DNA from: Verrucomicrobiaceae bacterium
GTDB lineage: Bacteria > Verrucomicrobiota > Verrucomicrobiia > Verrucomicrobiales > Akkermansiaceae
Length of the DNA stretch: 50,958 bases
Direction of reading: 5' to 3'
Assembly: GCA_005787565.1 (NCBI GenBank)
Contig: SYAP01000124.1
Location: forward strand, 1 to 50,958
The translations under genes and the position numbers were made by a program. The notes under the pieces were generated by a model. That model was not told where the DNA came from and searched no databases. It saw nothing but the letters and a program-made list of their open reading frames with translations. This document shows positions 21,584-32,500 of the stretch, piece after piece; positions within the stretch are counted from its first letter, which is position 1, and the number at the start of each line of letters is the position of its first letter.

Positions 21584-24500
21584 ATGACGTTCGCCGTAAC
21601 CCACCCAATGTGCATCCCTGCATGCCGAAAGCATCGCGGTTTTGCCATGGTCGTTACGTTGTCCTTGATGGTGCTCCTGACAATTGTGGCAGTCGGCTTG
21701 TTGACTTTGTCGTCGATATCACTTCGCTCCAGCTCTCAAGGCGAAGCGCTGTCAATTGCCCGCGCCAACGCCCGTCTCGGCCTGATGCTTGCCCTTGGTG
21801 AGCTCCAAAAGGAGCTTGGGCCGGACCAACGGGTCTCCGCGCCGGGCGGCCAGCAACTCGAGGAGGGCGACAAGTCCGCCGGAGCTCAATGGACCGGGGT
21901 TTACAACGCTTGGCCGGCCGAGAACGAAACACGCCCTTCGCCAACCTTTCGCCGCTGGCTCATCTCCGGAGATGAAAGTGTGGTTACCAATATCTCTTCT
22001 GCCAAAACATCATCGCCTTCCGCAAACAAAGTTCCGCTGGTGGCCGCGGATGCGAATCACAATGCAGTGGAAGCCGGACTTGTAACCACTTCCAACGGGG
22101 CCTGTGCCTGGTGGGTGGGAGACCAGAACATGAAAGCCAAGATAGGCGGATCCGTGAAACCTGCCCCTGATGCCATCGCGGCCACCGATCGGTTGCAGTC
22201 CGCTCCTCGTGCCGCGCACGAGGTCTTCTTTGGCAATGCCGCGATCGCCGCCGATGCGCCGCAACTGGATCGTTTGGCATCCACGCGAAGCGCTGAACTC
22301 TTGGATCCGTCGGTGAAACCGCTGTTTCATGATACTACGGCGGACTCGCTCGGCCTGCTGACCAATGTGCGTGCCGGTGGATTCCGCAAGGATCTCAATT
22401 TTCTGATGGAAACGCCCAAGCCGCAGCCCAATACGCCGGAAGTCGCCCCGCTCTACACTGCGGGTTCCACCGCGGGCATCAATTTGGGCGAATTATGGGT
22501 CGATCACAATATCTGGGCAGAGCTTGAATATCCATCCAGTCCACCCACTCATGCCGATGGCGGGACGATTCCCTCCGGTATGCCCTTCCTAGTATGCACT
22601 GCGGAAAAAAATGACTCGTTTCTGCTCTACAAACACTTGCCCAGACTCCAGCTCACCTTGCTCTACTCGCTGATCAGCAAAAGCCGGATGGTCAACGGCA
22701 AGAAGATATATGATCTCTTTCTCGTCGCTGATCCGGTGTTCACCATCTGGAATCCCTTCGATGTCTGCCTTCATGTGCCCGCTTCCGCCTTTGCCACCTT
22801 CAAAAGCTGGGCCATTCCCTACGATTTGAACATGAAACTGGAAAACGGCCCGCCGGGCAGCAAGACCTCGTTCAACCGATCCATCAAACAACTTTCAAAC
22901 GATCGGCTGTTTTTCTTCTACGGTCAACTGGGACGCGGGCAAAATCTCGTGTTGCGGCCCGGCGAGGTGCAAGTCATCGCCCAAGGATTCGGTGACAGCA
23001 TCAAGAACCCGGGCAAGGGTGCCTGGCAGTTCGACGGCAAACTCGGCTGGGAGTTCGCCTCGGGTTATGCCTATCCCATTCCTTATGAAACGAATCCCTT
23101 GCTGATGGACGGCTCGCAGAGGATCACCTATTCGATGACTCCCAACGCAGTCAAGAGTGATGCCGGAATGTTTCTATGGAGTTATAACATCGGCGAATTG
23201 GTGGATAACTCCGGAGCCACGAAGTATGTAGGCAGTTTCAACATCGATCTGGTTTATTCCCGCCTTCCGGGCGAGACGGCGATATCGGCGAATGCGTTTC
23301 CGAATGTTTTTCCGACCTTGCCGCTTGACCCCTCGGCGGGAAATACCATCGCCCAGTTAGAAAACAACAAATGGCCGATCTGTGTGTTCACATACGGATT
23401 GCGGACAGAATCGGATCCCATCTTCGAAGACGGCCAGACACCCGGTACCCGCTTTACCGGCCGCGCCATGCTGCGTGCCAACGAAACCTCCGTGGCCCAG
23501 GACCTCTACAATCTCTCGCCGGACATCCTGCGCACCTCGCCCCTGCAAGTCGGTATGCGGCGGGTCAACAGCCTCAACAGCCCGATCATCGAGTGCGACG
23601 CAAACGGCCTGGGTTATTATGGCGCGGAGTATGGAGCTGCCGGCGGCGTTTCCTATGTCGTCACCCGTTCGATTCCGCGGGAGCCCATCCATTCGCTTGG
23701 TGCCCTTCAGCACGCCGCCGCCGAGGGAGCGCGATTTGGCCAGGCGCGGGGCGAGCGCTCGTGGTTCATGCAGCCGTCCATCAGCCATGCGATCTCCAAC
23801 TCGTTCGCGCCATCTTGCTTCTCGCCATCCGAAGTGCGCGGCCAGCTTGCCCGGCGGGATGCGGCGGATCACTCCTACCTAGCAAATCTAGCACTATGGG
23901 ATACTTACTTTTACTCTTCGATCAAACCGCGCTCAACCTCCGCCCATAGAAACCCCACTACCGCCTATCAGGAACAGAAAGCGCGTCTGGAGAATTTCCT
24001 CGTCGGCAGTGGTCCCAACTACAAATCACTGCCCAACGAGCGGATGAAGCCGTGGACCAGCAACCCTGCGGCAGCCGTCAGCGCGATTTTCCCCTCCTCC
24101 AAACCTGCCAACGATGCCGCCGACCGCATCGCTTCCTTCCTGATGGTAGATGGCATGTTCAACGTCAATTCCACCTCGGTCGCCGCATGGCAGGGTTTTC
24201 TATCAGGTCTCAAGGGAGCCAAGGTGCCGATCAGTTCAACTCCAGACCTCAACAAGGATGCGGATTTGGTGGACACGGAAAAAAAACCGGTCGCGTCGCT
24301 GCTCAGGCCGGCTGCCGGAGAGATCGACTCCACCGCGCTCGCAGACTCTGCGGATCGTGACCAGTGGCTTGGTTTCCGCAGTCTTGATGATGGACAAATT
24401 GAGGAACTCGCCAAGGCAGTCGTCAAGCAAGTGCGACTCCGCGGCCCCTTCCTTTCCATCGCGGACTTCATCAACCGGCGTCCGGGCAACGACAAGGATC

Positions 24501-24943
24501 TCGCCTTGTCCGGTCCGCTTCAAAGCGCGCTTGATGACAAGGAGGTTTCCATCAATGAGGCCTACCGCGATGGGGGGCGCTCCCTCAGTGTAGCCGAGGC
24601 CGCTGCCCAGGGTTTTCCCTTTCCCGAGGCGGAAGCGGGTGCCAAGGCGGTCTGTGCTCCGGGTTATGTGAAGCAAGGGGATCTATTAACTCCGCTCGGT
24701 CCCATGATCAACGTGCGAGGCGACACCTTCGTGATTCGCGGCTATGGCGAGGCACGTGATGCCACGGGCAACAAGGTGTTGGCCCGTTCTTGGTGCGAAG
24801 CCGTGGTCCAGCGTGTGCCGGACTTCGTAGATCCTTCGGACCAAGCTCACGAGCGAGTCCCTAAATCCAATATGAACCTAGCTTTCGGGCGCCGCTTCAA
24901 CATCGTCTCTTTCCGTTACATTCATCCCCAGGAAATCCTCTGA
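21584..24943 (+). CDS. Giant PilX/GspK-like prepilin (Verru_Chthon cassette protein A-like)
   Basis: KHRG|FAMVVTLSLMVLL prepilin cleavage site lacking Glu5; ARANARL.L..ALGELQKELGPDQRV; C-terminal RGPFLSIADFINR...RGDTFVIRGYG...WCEAVVQR...FGRRF. Confidence 0.75.
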   Translation: MTFAVTHPMCIPACRKHRGFAMVVTLSLMVLLTIVAVGLLTLSSISLRSSSQGEALSIARANARLGLMLALGELQKELGPDQRVSAPGGQQLEEGDKSAGAQWTGVYNAWPAENETRPSPTFRRWLISGDESVVTNISSAKTSSPSANKVPLVAADANHNAVEAGLVTTSNGACAWWVGDQNMKAKIGGSVKPAPDAIAATDRLQSAPRAAHEVFFGNAAIAADAPQLDRLASTRSAELLDPSVKPLFHDTTADSLGLLTNVRAGGFRKDLNFLMETPKPQPNTPEVAPLYTAGSTAGINLGELWVDHNIWAELEYPSSPPTHADGGTIPSGMPFLVCTAEKNDSFLLYKHLPRLQLTLLYSLISKSRMVNGKKIYDLFLVADPVFTIWNPFDVCLHVPASAFATFKSWAIPYDLNMKLENGPPGSKTSFNRSIKQLSNDRLFFFYGQLGRGQNLVLRPGEVQVIAQGFGDSIKNPGKGAWQFDGKLGWEFASGYAYPIPYETNPLLMDGSQRITYSMTPNAVKSDAGMFLWSYNIGELVDNSGATKYVGSFNIDLVYSRLPGETAISANAFPNVFPTLPLDPSAGNTIAQLENNKWPICVFTYGLRTESDPIFEDGQTPGTRFTGRAMLRANETSVAQDLYNLSPDILRTSPLQVGMRRVNSLNSPIIECDANGLGYYGAEYGAAGGVSYVVTRSIPREPIHSLGALQHAAAEGARFGQARGERSWFMQPSISHAISNSFAPSCFSPSEVRGQLARRDAADHSYLANLALWDTYFYSSIKPRSTSAHRNPTTAYQEQKARLENFLVGSGPNYKSLPNERMKPWTSNPAAAVSAIFPSSKPANDAADRIASFLMVDGMFNVNSTSVAAWQGFLSGLKGAKVPISSTPDLNKDADLVDTEKKPVASLLRPAAGEIDSTALADSADRDQWLGFRSLDDGQIEELAKAVVKQVRLRGPFLSIADFINRRPGNDKDLALSGPLQSALDDKEVSINEAYRDGGRSLSVAEAAAQGFPFPEAEAGAKAVCAPGYVKQGDLLTPLGPMINVRGDTFVIRGYGEARDATGNKVLARSWCEAVVQRVPDFVDPSDQAHERVPKSNMNLAFGRRFNIVSFRYIHPQEIL

Positions 24944-24972
24944 AACCACCGAACGCACCAACCACCTGAGCC

Positions 24973-25650
24973 ATGTTTCACAACTTGAAAGCCCATCTAA
25001 CAGTCGTAATTTCCTCGGTCGGCCTCGCTTTCGGCGCGGAGTCTTCCGGGCTTGATGTTAGGGCCTTGCTGCTTGTGCCCGGCGGGCCGATTGTGAAACT
25101 CCACCCGATGTCCGGTGAAAAAGTGGGCGAAGCAGTGCAGGTCGGCGCGCGGGGCTTGAGTGAGTCCTTCAAACCCTTCAGCCGCGAGTTTTCCCTCGCG
25201 ATCCCTGACGCCAATCAGGAGTCGGGCTATCGTTCCGTTGGCAAAGTGACTTTGCCAGAGCAAGGCAAGGATTTCATCCTCCTGCTGGAACCAGCCAAGG
25301 AGGATTACAAGGTGCATGTCGTCGATAGCCGCGAGTCCCGATTCGGCGCGGACTCCATTCTGTTTTTCAACGCATCGGACACCATCCTTGGAGCGGCTCT
25401 TGGCACGAACAAGTTCCTCATCAAACCGCGTGTTGCGGTCTTCGCCAAGCCTCCACCAAGCGGCGCCAAACCATTTTATCAAGTTACTTTCTATCAGCCA
25501 GAAAACAGCAAGGCGCGCCCCTTCGCCAATACCCGTTGGCCCCATCGGAACAACAGCCGGTGCTACGTGTTTTTCTACCGCAGCAAAACCGGACGACTGA
25601 CCTATCAGGCGGTTGATGAGTATTTGGCGCCAGTGTCCGTCGCGGATTGA
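24973..25650 (+). CDS. Exported hypothetical protein, partner of the giant pilin
   Basis: Signal peptide; starts 29 bp after the pilin gene, same strand. Confidence 0.7.
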   Translation: MFHNLKAHLTVVISSVGLAFGAESSGLDVRALLLVPGGPIVKLHPMSGEKVGEAVQVGARGLSESFKPFSREFSLAIPDANQESGYRSVGKVTLPEQGKDFILLLEPAKEDYKVHVVDSRESRFGADSILFFNASDTILGAALGTNKFLIKPRVAVFAKPPPSGAKPFYQVTFYQPENSKARPFANTRWPHRNNSRCYVFFYRSKTGRLTYQAVDEYLAPVSVAD

Positions 25651-25822
25651 TTTCATTGCGGAGGGCACTCCAATCGACCTTTCCCATCACTCTCCGCCCG
25701 CTTCTACTTCTGCTGCCGACATTCATTCTCCTGTTGCAACTCAGTGGATGAATCCGCCGAGGGGGGTAGCCGGATCATCATCGCCCCGTCGCCTCAAATG
25801 GTATGCGGATTAGAAATGCCTC

Positions 25823-26770
25823 TCAAGAATGGCTGAAGCTTCTCTGGTTCCAAATCCACCCGCAGCCGAACAAGGCGGCATCATCGCCCAGCTTGGCGTT
25901 GATGATGTCCACTGGGCCACTGCTTTGCACAGCATGACGATTCACAAAACCTCGAACCTTCGGAAGGATGACGTCTGCGGATGCCATGATTCCACCTCCT
26001 AGAATCACGCACTCTGGATCGAAGTGCTGGATCAGATTCACGGTCAGGGCCGCCCATGCCTCGATCGCCCGGTCGCACAACTGCTTTGCCAGCGGATCAC
26101 CGGCTGCAGCATGCGTGAAGACCGCTTGGTAATCGAGTGGATTTGCCATGACGAGCGTGCTGGAGGCGAAGCCTGGCATCTGTTCCGCCCTCATGGGAAG
26201 CGCCCAGGACGCCACCAACCCTTCGATGCAACCAGGAGCGACATTTTCCGAGACCTCCGTTCCAAGGTGGGTGATGGAGAGTCCTCCGAGGTTGCCCGCC
26301 ATGCCGCCGCGTCCGCGCAGTGGACGCCCTTCCTGAATCACCCCGGTTCCAATTCCGGTGCCGAGAGTGATCATTACCAGGTCATCGATTCCGCGTCCGG
26401 CTCCGGCCTGCCATTCACCGATTGCTGCTGCCCTAGCATCGTTCTCCAATAACAGCGGAAGGCTGAACAGAGACTTCACCATGGTGCCAAAATTTTCGTT
26501 TTTGGCGTCGGCGAATTTTCCGAACGACCAACCTGCCCGCCGAAGGCCGGGGTCAATCACCATCGGAAGGGCCCAGACCATGCCTTCGAGATCCGTCAAC
26601 CTCACGCCCGCTGATCGGCAAAGGTCATCGGCGCGCTCCTTGATCTCCGGCAGCCAGTCCTGCGATTCTGATCGCGCCGGCGAGGGAAATCGGCTCTGCT
26701 TCCTCAGCGCGCCGTGATCCATGAGGCCAAGCTTTACAATCGTCCCGCCGAAGTCTCCCGCAAGAATCAT
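25823..26770 (-). CDS. ROK-family sugar kinase (atypical)
   Basis: DFGGT, LENDARAAAIGE, TLGTGIGTG, ILGGG, LGDDAALFG; no HTH. Confidence 0.88.
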   Translation of the reverse strand: MILAGDFGGTIVKLGLMDHGALRKQSRFPSPARSESQDWLPEIKERADDLCRSAGVRLTDLEGMVWALPMVIDPGLRRAGWSFGKFADAKNENFGTMVKSLFSLPLLLENDARAAAIGEWQAGAGRGIDDLVMITLGTGIGTGVIQEGRPLRGRGGMAGNLGGLSITHLGTEVSENVAPGCIEGLVASWALPMRAEQMPGFASSTLVMANPLDYQAVFTHAAAGDPLAKQLCDRAIEAWAALTVNLIQHFDPECVILGGGIMASADVILPKVRGFVNRHAVQSSGPVDIINAKLGDDAALFGCGWIWNQRSFSHS

Positions 26771-26795
26771 ATTCGCCTAAAGTGATGACTTGCGC

Positions 26796-29081
26796 TTATT
26801 GCGGCGATTCCTCCCAGTTCCTACCATGGGTTGCGATGGCATCTAAGTGCTTCATGTAGCCAAGGCTTCGGGCGTGAGGGATATCGGGCGTCCATAGGCG
26901 ACGTGGCGGCGAGTTGCCCCAAGCAGGGCGATTCATGCCGACATAGTGATCGAAGACGACCGGTGGCTTGGCTTGATGATCAGAAAGCTGTTCACGAAGG
27001 ACTGGATTTAGCGACTCATCTACGCGCAGGATGAAGTGGAAATCGTGCCACCCTTGATCCGAGTGGCGACGAGAGAAAGCGGGAGTCAGTGCGCTGTCAC
27101 CGGTCCACGCCATGAGTGGGGAACGCAGAAGCGAAAATTGCCAGATGTCACCGTGAAGCCTCGAACTGTAGGCATCGGGGGTATGCAGGCTTAGGCTGTG
27201 GTTTTCGGCCTGTACGCTGTCCCAGCCGCAGAACGGCATTTCGTCGGGGCCTGGCTTGCGGCCGAAATGCCCGCCGGCCAACCCACTGGTCCAACCGGAC
27301 GGTGAGTTGGCGAGGTGGATAGGCATCTGCAGCATTTTGTGCCGCTCGGTGAAAACCACCTGAAGGTTCAGATGAATTTCGGGTTTATCGGCGTAGAGGG
27401 TGATCCCGAGTCGGATATTCGAGCCACCGAGGGCTCGATCGGCAAAGAGTCGTGCGCGCAACGGACCCGAATCCTCGATGATCCATTCGAGATTCCCAAG
27501 GCGATCGGTGATGTCCTCGTTGAATCCGGTTTGGTGGAACACCCATGTGTCACCGTGTTCTTCGCGGAGATGCAGGGAAAGCCCATTCGTGCCTAACAAA
27601 TCGCGCCCTTTCCAGCGGATTGATTTGATTCCGTTTGGTCCCGCTTCCACGGCAAGTTCCCCACTGGTGATGGTCTGAACGAAGACGTTTGTCGGATTGG
27701 CTGGCTGCGGGTAAGGGGAGGGGGCTTCGTCGAGAAGCTTTATCACCCGCTGACCGCAGGCGGGAATGCTCACCGGAAGTACAACGCGGTGTACCATTGA
27801 GCCGGCATTTGGCTCGGAGGTGACAAGCTGGAATGGAATAGGTTGTCCGTTTTCATCAGCGAACCAACGGTCGCGCCAGTCGTCGAAATCAATGAACGGT
27901 TCGCACTCGATGTGCCCTTGAAAATCATGTGCCGAGCCATTGAGAAACACCAGTCTTTGCGCATTCTCGCCGGGCAGGGCGGTGCGGGCGTGGCGGCGGC
28001 TGATGCGCACCAATTCCTCCTCGCCTGCGATGCAGGCCCGGCCTTGCATGTGGCGGGTGGAAATGTAGGACGAGGGGACGCTGGTGCCCGCTAGAATGTC
28101 GTGAAACTGGGTGAATGCGAGGTCCTTCCATGCCTCGTTGATGCGCGCGATGGAGACGGACTTAGCTCTCTCGTCAGTAATGAAAACTTGTGCAAACTCC
28201 TCCGCCTGCTCCAATAAACGTTCGCCACGATGCTGCAATTGTTTGATGTCATGCATCACACTGTAGCAACCCGGAAAGGTTTTCTGCAGTTCGTAGTCCA
28301 CGACCGGCATGTCATCCCGCCGGGCATCGGCTTCAGTGAAGAATTCATCCACGGTGCTGAACCGCAATTCGATTCCATCGAAAGCATTGCGGTGCTCAAG
28401 CAGCCACTCGATGGTGGCCTTGGTCGGACCTCCGCCATGATTGCCCAATCCATAGAACATCATCGTGTGGCCAAATGCCGGATCCGCGGCCTTTATCGAG
28501 AGGTCGATTTGGCCGTGAAGATCATCACTGCGCGTCACGTAACAGGGGGAGATGCGGTAGCCGATCACCTCCGCGTTGCCGGCCCCCTTCCAGCGGAAGG
28601 TTTGGGCGGGCAGACTCACCTGGCTTTCGTTCGGACGGTGAAACACATAGCCTCGGTATCCGAATTCATGGAGCAGGTCCGGCAAGGTGGCAGGGTGTCC
28701 GAACGTGTCCACGTTGTATCCGACCGTTGGACTGACGCCGAAGCGGTCCTTGAAATAGCGCTGCCCCAGTTCGATCTGCTTGCGCCAACCTGCCGCCGTC
28801 GGGAGGTTCGCATCCGGTTGGATCCACTGCCCGCCAGCAATTGACCAGCGGCCTGCCTTTACTAGGTCCCTGACCGCCGCGAAAAGCCCCGGATCAAGAT
28901 CTTCGACCCACTGGTAAAGCCACGCCTCGCCCCGGGTGTAGCGGAATTCGGGATACTCATGGCAGCGATCGACCGCCGAACGGAACGTGGCGAGCGCTTC
29001 ATCGGCTCCGGCCTGCCAGTTCCAAAGCCAGATGGGATCAAGGTGCGCGTTGGCGATGAGGTGGACGACGGTTCTGGGCAT
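26796..29081 (-). CDS. GH38 alpha-mannosidase-like hydrolase, cytoplasmic
   Basis: NAHLDPIWLW Zn motif, GYNVDTFGH nucleophile region, YGLGNHGGGP, QFHDILAGTS. Start 29081 (or 29147); no signal peptide. Confidence 0.9.
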   Translation of the reverse strand: MPRTVVHLIANAHLDPIWLWNWQAGADEALATFRSAVDRCHEYPEFRYTRGEAWLYQWVEDLDPGLFAAVRDLVKAGRWSIAGGQWIQPDANLPTAAGWRKQIELGQRYFKDRFGVSPTVGYNVDTFGHPATLPDLLHEFGYRGYVFHRPNESQVSLPAQTFRWKGAGNAEVIGYRISPCYVTRSDDLHGQIDLSIKAADPAFGHTMMFYGLGNHGGGPTKATIEWLLEHRNAFDGIELRFSTVDEFFTEADARRDDMPVVDYELQKTFPGCYSVMHDIKQLQHRGERLLEQAEEFAQVFITDERAKSVSIARINEAWKDLAFTQFHDILAGTSVPSSYISTRHMQGRACIAGEEELVRISRRHARTALPGENAQRLVFLNGSAHDFQGHIECEPFIDFDDWRDRWFADENGQPIPFQLVTSEPNAGSMVHRVVLPVSIPACGQRVIKLLDEAPSPYPQPANPTNVFVQTITSGELAVEAGPNGIKSIRWKGRDLLGTNGLSLHLREEHGDTWVFHQTGFNEDITDRLGNLEWIIEDSGPLRARLFADRALGGSNIRLGITLYADKPEIHLNLQVVFTERHKMLQMPIHLANSPSGWTSGLAGGHFGRKPGPDEMPFCGWDSVQAENHSLSLHTPDAYSSRLHGDIWQFSLLRSPLMAWTGDSALTPAFSRRHSDQGWHDFHFILRVDESLNPVLREQLSDHQAKPPVVFDHYVGMNRPAWGNSPPRRLWTPDIPHARSLGYMKHLDAIATHGRNWEESPQ

Positions 29082-29500
29082 GGGAGGTTGGAGCCGGATT
29101 GACGATGGTCCGCGGCGAAGCGCTTGCGAACCCGGCGAAAGTGGCATGGTTGTTCAGTTGAGTAAACGATAAATCACAAATGACGTAATTTGGTCGATTT
29201 GAGTGATTTTGAGGGGTGGATTCGAAGCTTCGGCACGAGTTTTTTGCATTGAATAAATTTGATAAAAATTCTTGTGCTCAGGATTTGAATGGTTAAACGT
29301 TCTTTCGAGTAAGGCATGCGCTTGTCTGCAGAGTTGGTACACGCGCCTGCTGAGTTGTTCCACGACTGCTGCCAAATCCAATCGATACGAACAACCTCCG
29401 ATCCCGGATACGAATCCTGAACCCATCCATCCACAATTCGTCCCCTTAGAACCCCGATTTGCGCTGATTTCCCAAGCAAGCAAACTAGAACCATTCCACA

Positions 29501-32500
29501 ATGAAACCCAGATTCACATCACTGTTCAAAGCTTTCGCTGCATCTTCATTCTTCACTTGGTTCGTGACTCCAGTCTCGGCCGCGAACTTGACGTGGGACA
29601 CAACGTCTGACGATGGCGCCGCTGTCACTTCAGGCAGCGGGAATTGGAATCTCACCGCAGGAAACACGGTCTGGAATGATGGTGCCACGCCGAATGTCAT
29701 CTGGAGCCAGACCAGCACCACCGACGGCAGCAACACTGCCACCTTTGCCGGGGCGGATGGCGCTCTTAACCAGTATGTGGTCACTCTCGGCACGCAAGTG
29801 GCCGCCGAATCTCTCACCTTCAACTCCAGCGGGTACCAGATCACCGGAAGCACGCTGGCGCTGATCGTGTCGCCGACAGCGCCCATCTCGAACGGGGCCA
29901 TCACAGTGGCCGCCGGCAAGACGGCCACCATCAACTCAATCCTTCGCTATGCACACAACAACGGCGCTAACGTGAGCGTCGGATCAGGCGGCACTCTCAA
30001 TCTCGGCGGTGGCACCACGGCAAGCAACAACCCCCAATGGCAACTGAGCGGCGCTGGCACCCTCAATCTTTCCGCCGGAACGTACACTAACAACATCGGT
30101 AACTTCAATGCCGCCGCGATCAACCTGATCGGTGGAACCCATGCGATTACTCCTGGCAACAACAACGGAGCGAGTATCGGCAATGCAGCCGGCCAGAACG
30201 TCAGTTACACGGTATCCGGAACCGGTAATCTGACGGTCAATAACAACACCACTTCCGGCACTGGTTCCGGCCCCAGTTGGCTGCGTCTGGGCAATGGTGA
30301 TACGGGTGTCAGTGAAGCCAAGTTGACGGTTCAAACCGGCGGTACAGTCAGCATTGGCAACGGCAAGTATGGAGAACTTCAGATCTCAGGTTCGGCCACC
30401 TCCAACGGAAAATTGGATGTGCAGGGCGGTGCGCTCACCATCGCCGCCGGCGTGCCCGCTGCCAACAAGATCTATTTCTTCAAGAACGGCTCGAGTAGCG
30501 GCTTTGCCGCCACGATGATCCAGTCCGACGGCACGGTGACGGCCAATGGAATCCAATTCGGCGGCGACACCGGCACCTACAATGCCGCCTCTTCCGCCAC
30601 GTTGGCTCTCAGCGGCGGCAATCTCTATGTCGGTGCACAAGGGATTACACGTGGCTCCAGTGCCAGCACCCTGCCGGTGATCATCCAACTCCAGGACGGC
30701 ACGCTTGGCGCTTCGGGAACCTGGTCGTCCTCCTTGGATATGAAACTCGGTGCCGCCACCATCCGAGCCGCAAATAGTAGCGGCACGGCGCAGAACATCA
30801 CCCTCTCCGGCGTTCTCTCTGACGATGAAGGCACAGGAACCCTCACCAAGACCGGTGCCGGCACACTCGTCCTTTCCGGTGGTGGTAACAACACCTTCAC
30901 AGGTGCAACCACCGTCAACGCCGGGACACTCGATCTCGGTAAGGTCAATGCCGTCAGTAGCTCCAGTTCCCTCACCATCGCGAACGGCGCGGGACTGGCG
31001 CTCAGCAGCAGTTCTAGCATCGTTCCCAATCTCACCTTCGTCGGCACAGGAACGCTCAGTTTCAATGTTGCCGACGGCCACATCCTGACGGTCAGCGGCA
31101 CGGACGGAGTGACCAACAGCGGCGCGCCCGGATCGATCACCATCAACATCACCGGCACGGCACCCGCCAACGGCACTTACACATTAATGGGTTACAGCGG
31201 CACGCTGCAAGGCAGCGGCTTCAGTGCTTACGCCCTCGGTAGTGCGCCCGCAGGCAAGTCCTATACTTTGATCGATACTGGTAGTGCCCTGCAGTTGTCT
31301 GTCTCGAGCGCTTATACTTGGACCGGTGCGCAAAGCAGCGAGTGGAGCACAGCCATCATCGCCGGATCCAAAAACTGGAATCTGGATGGCAATCCGACTG
31401 ATTATGCGGACGGCCTTGCAGTGTTCTTTGACGATACCGCCATCAACAAAACCGTGGAAATCACTGGAGCGGATGTGATGCCTCAGTCGGTGGAATTCAG
31501 CAGTGGTACATACACGCTGCAAGGCACCAACAAGATCGTCGGTCCCGCGCCGGTCATGGTGGCTGCCGCTGCCACGCTCAATCTCGGCTCCTCGGATCTC
31601 CTGCCGGACGGTGTTGGTTCGGGCAATCTCATGGTCAACGGGATCTTCGACCTCAACGGCTTTTCGGAAACCATCAATGCCTTGGGCGGTAATGGTTTGG
31701 TGGACAACTCCGCCGCCGCCACCACTTCCACCTTGGCCGTAGGCGCGGGCGCTGGCGGCAATTTCTCTGGGACGATCATGAACTCGGCCGGCACTCTGGC
31801 TTTGGTCAAGACCGGTGCCACAGATTTCACCCTGAGCGGAAACAACTCCTACAGCGGAGCCACCACTATCAACCAGAACCGCCTGTTCATCACCAATGGC
31901 GCCGCGTTCTCCCCCAATACCGCGGTCACTGTCAACAACGGTGCCTCCTTCGTTCTGAGCGCAAGCGGCAACCCCGCCTTCAGCCAAACTGTCACGCTCG
32001 CATCCGGGGCGAATCTGTCACTGCGTCAAGCGGCGACCCTCAGCAACGTCACTCTGCCGACTTCCGGAAGTGTGACCTTCAACTTCGACGATGTCGCCAC
32101 GCAGTCACTCAGTTTGGCCAGTGATATCACCCTCAGCGGCAGCTTGGGCGTCCAGATTGGGGGTGGAGCCGGAACACCGGGTGCAATCACCCTGACGGGA
32201 ATTCTTACCGGCAGTGGCAGTTTGGTGAAAAACGGACCTGGGCAACTTTCTCTAGCAGGCGCGAACACATTCGAAGGTGGCGTCACCCTCAGGAACGGCA
32301 CCATCAACGCGATCACAAACAACACCGCACTCGGCACGGGCACGGTTATCTTGGGCGGCAACGGCTCCACCGGGGCAACCTTCATCACCGGCAGGGCGAT
32401 CGCCAATCCCATCACGGTGAACGCTCCCGACAGCGGCTCCGTTGTGATCGGCGCGAACGGCAACGGCTCGGGTTACAGCCTGTCGGGTGGAATTTCCCTG

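Noticed and set aside
29154-29501. Short ORFs in the divergent AT-rich interval
   Set aside because: No recognisable motifs; better explained as promoter DNA.
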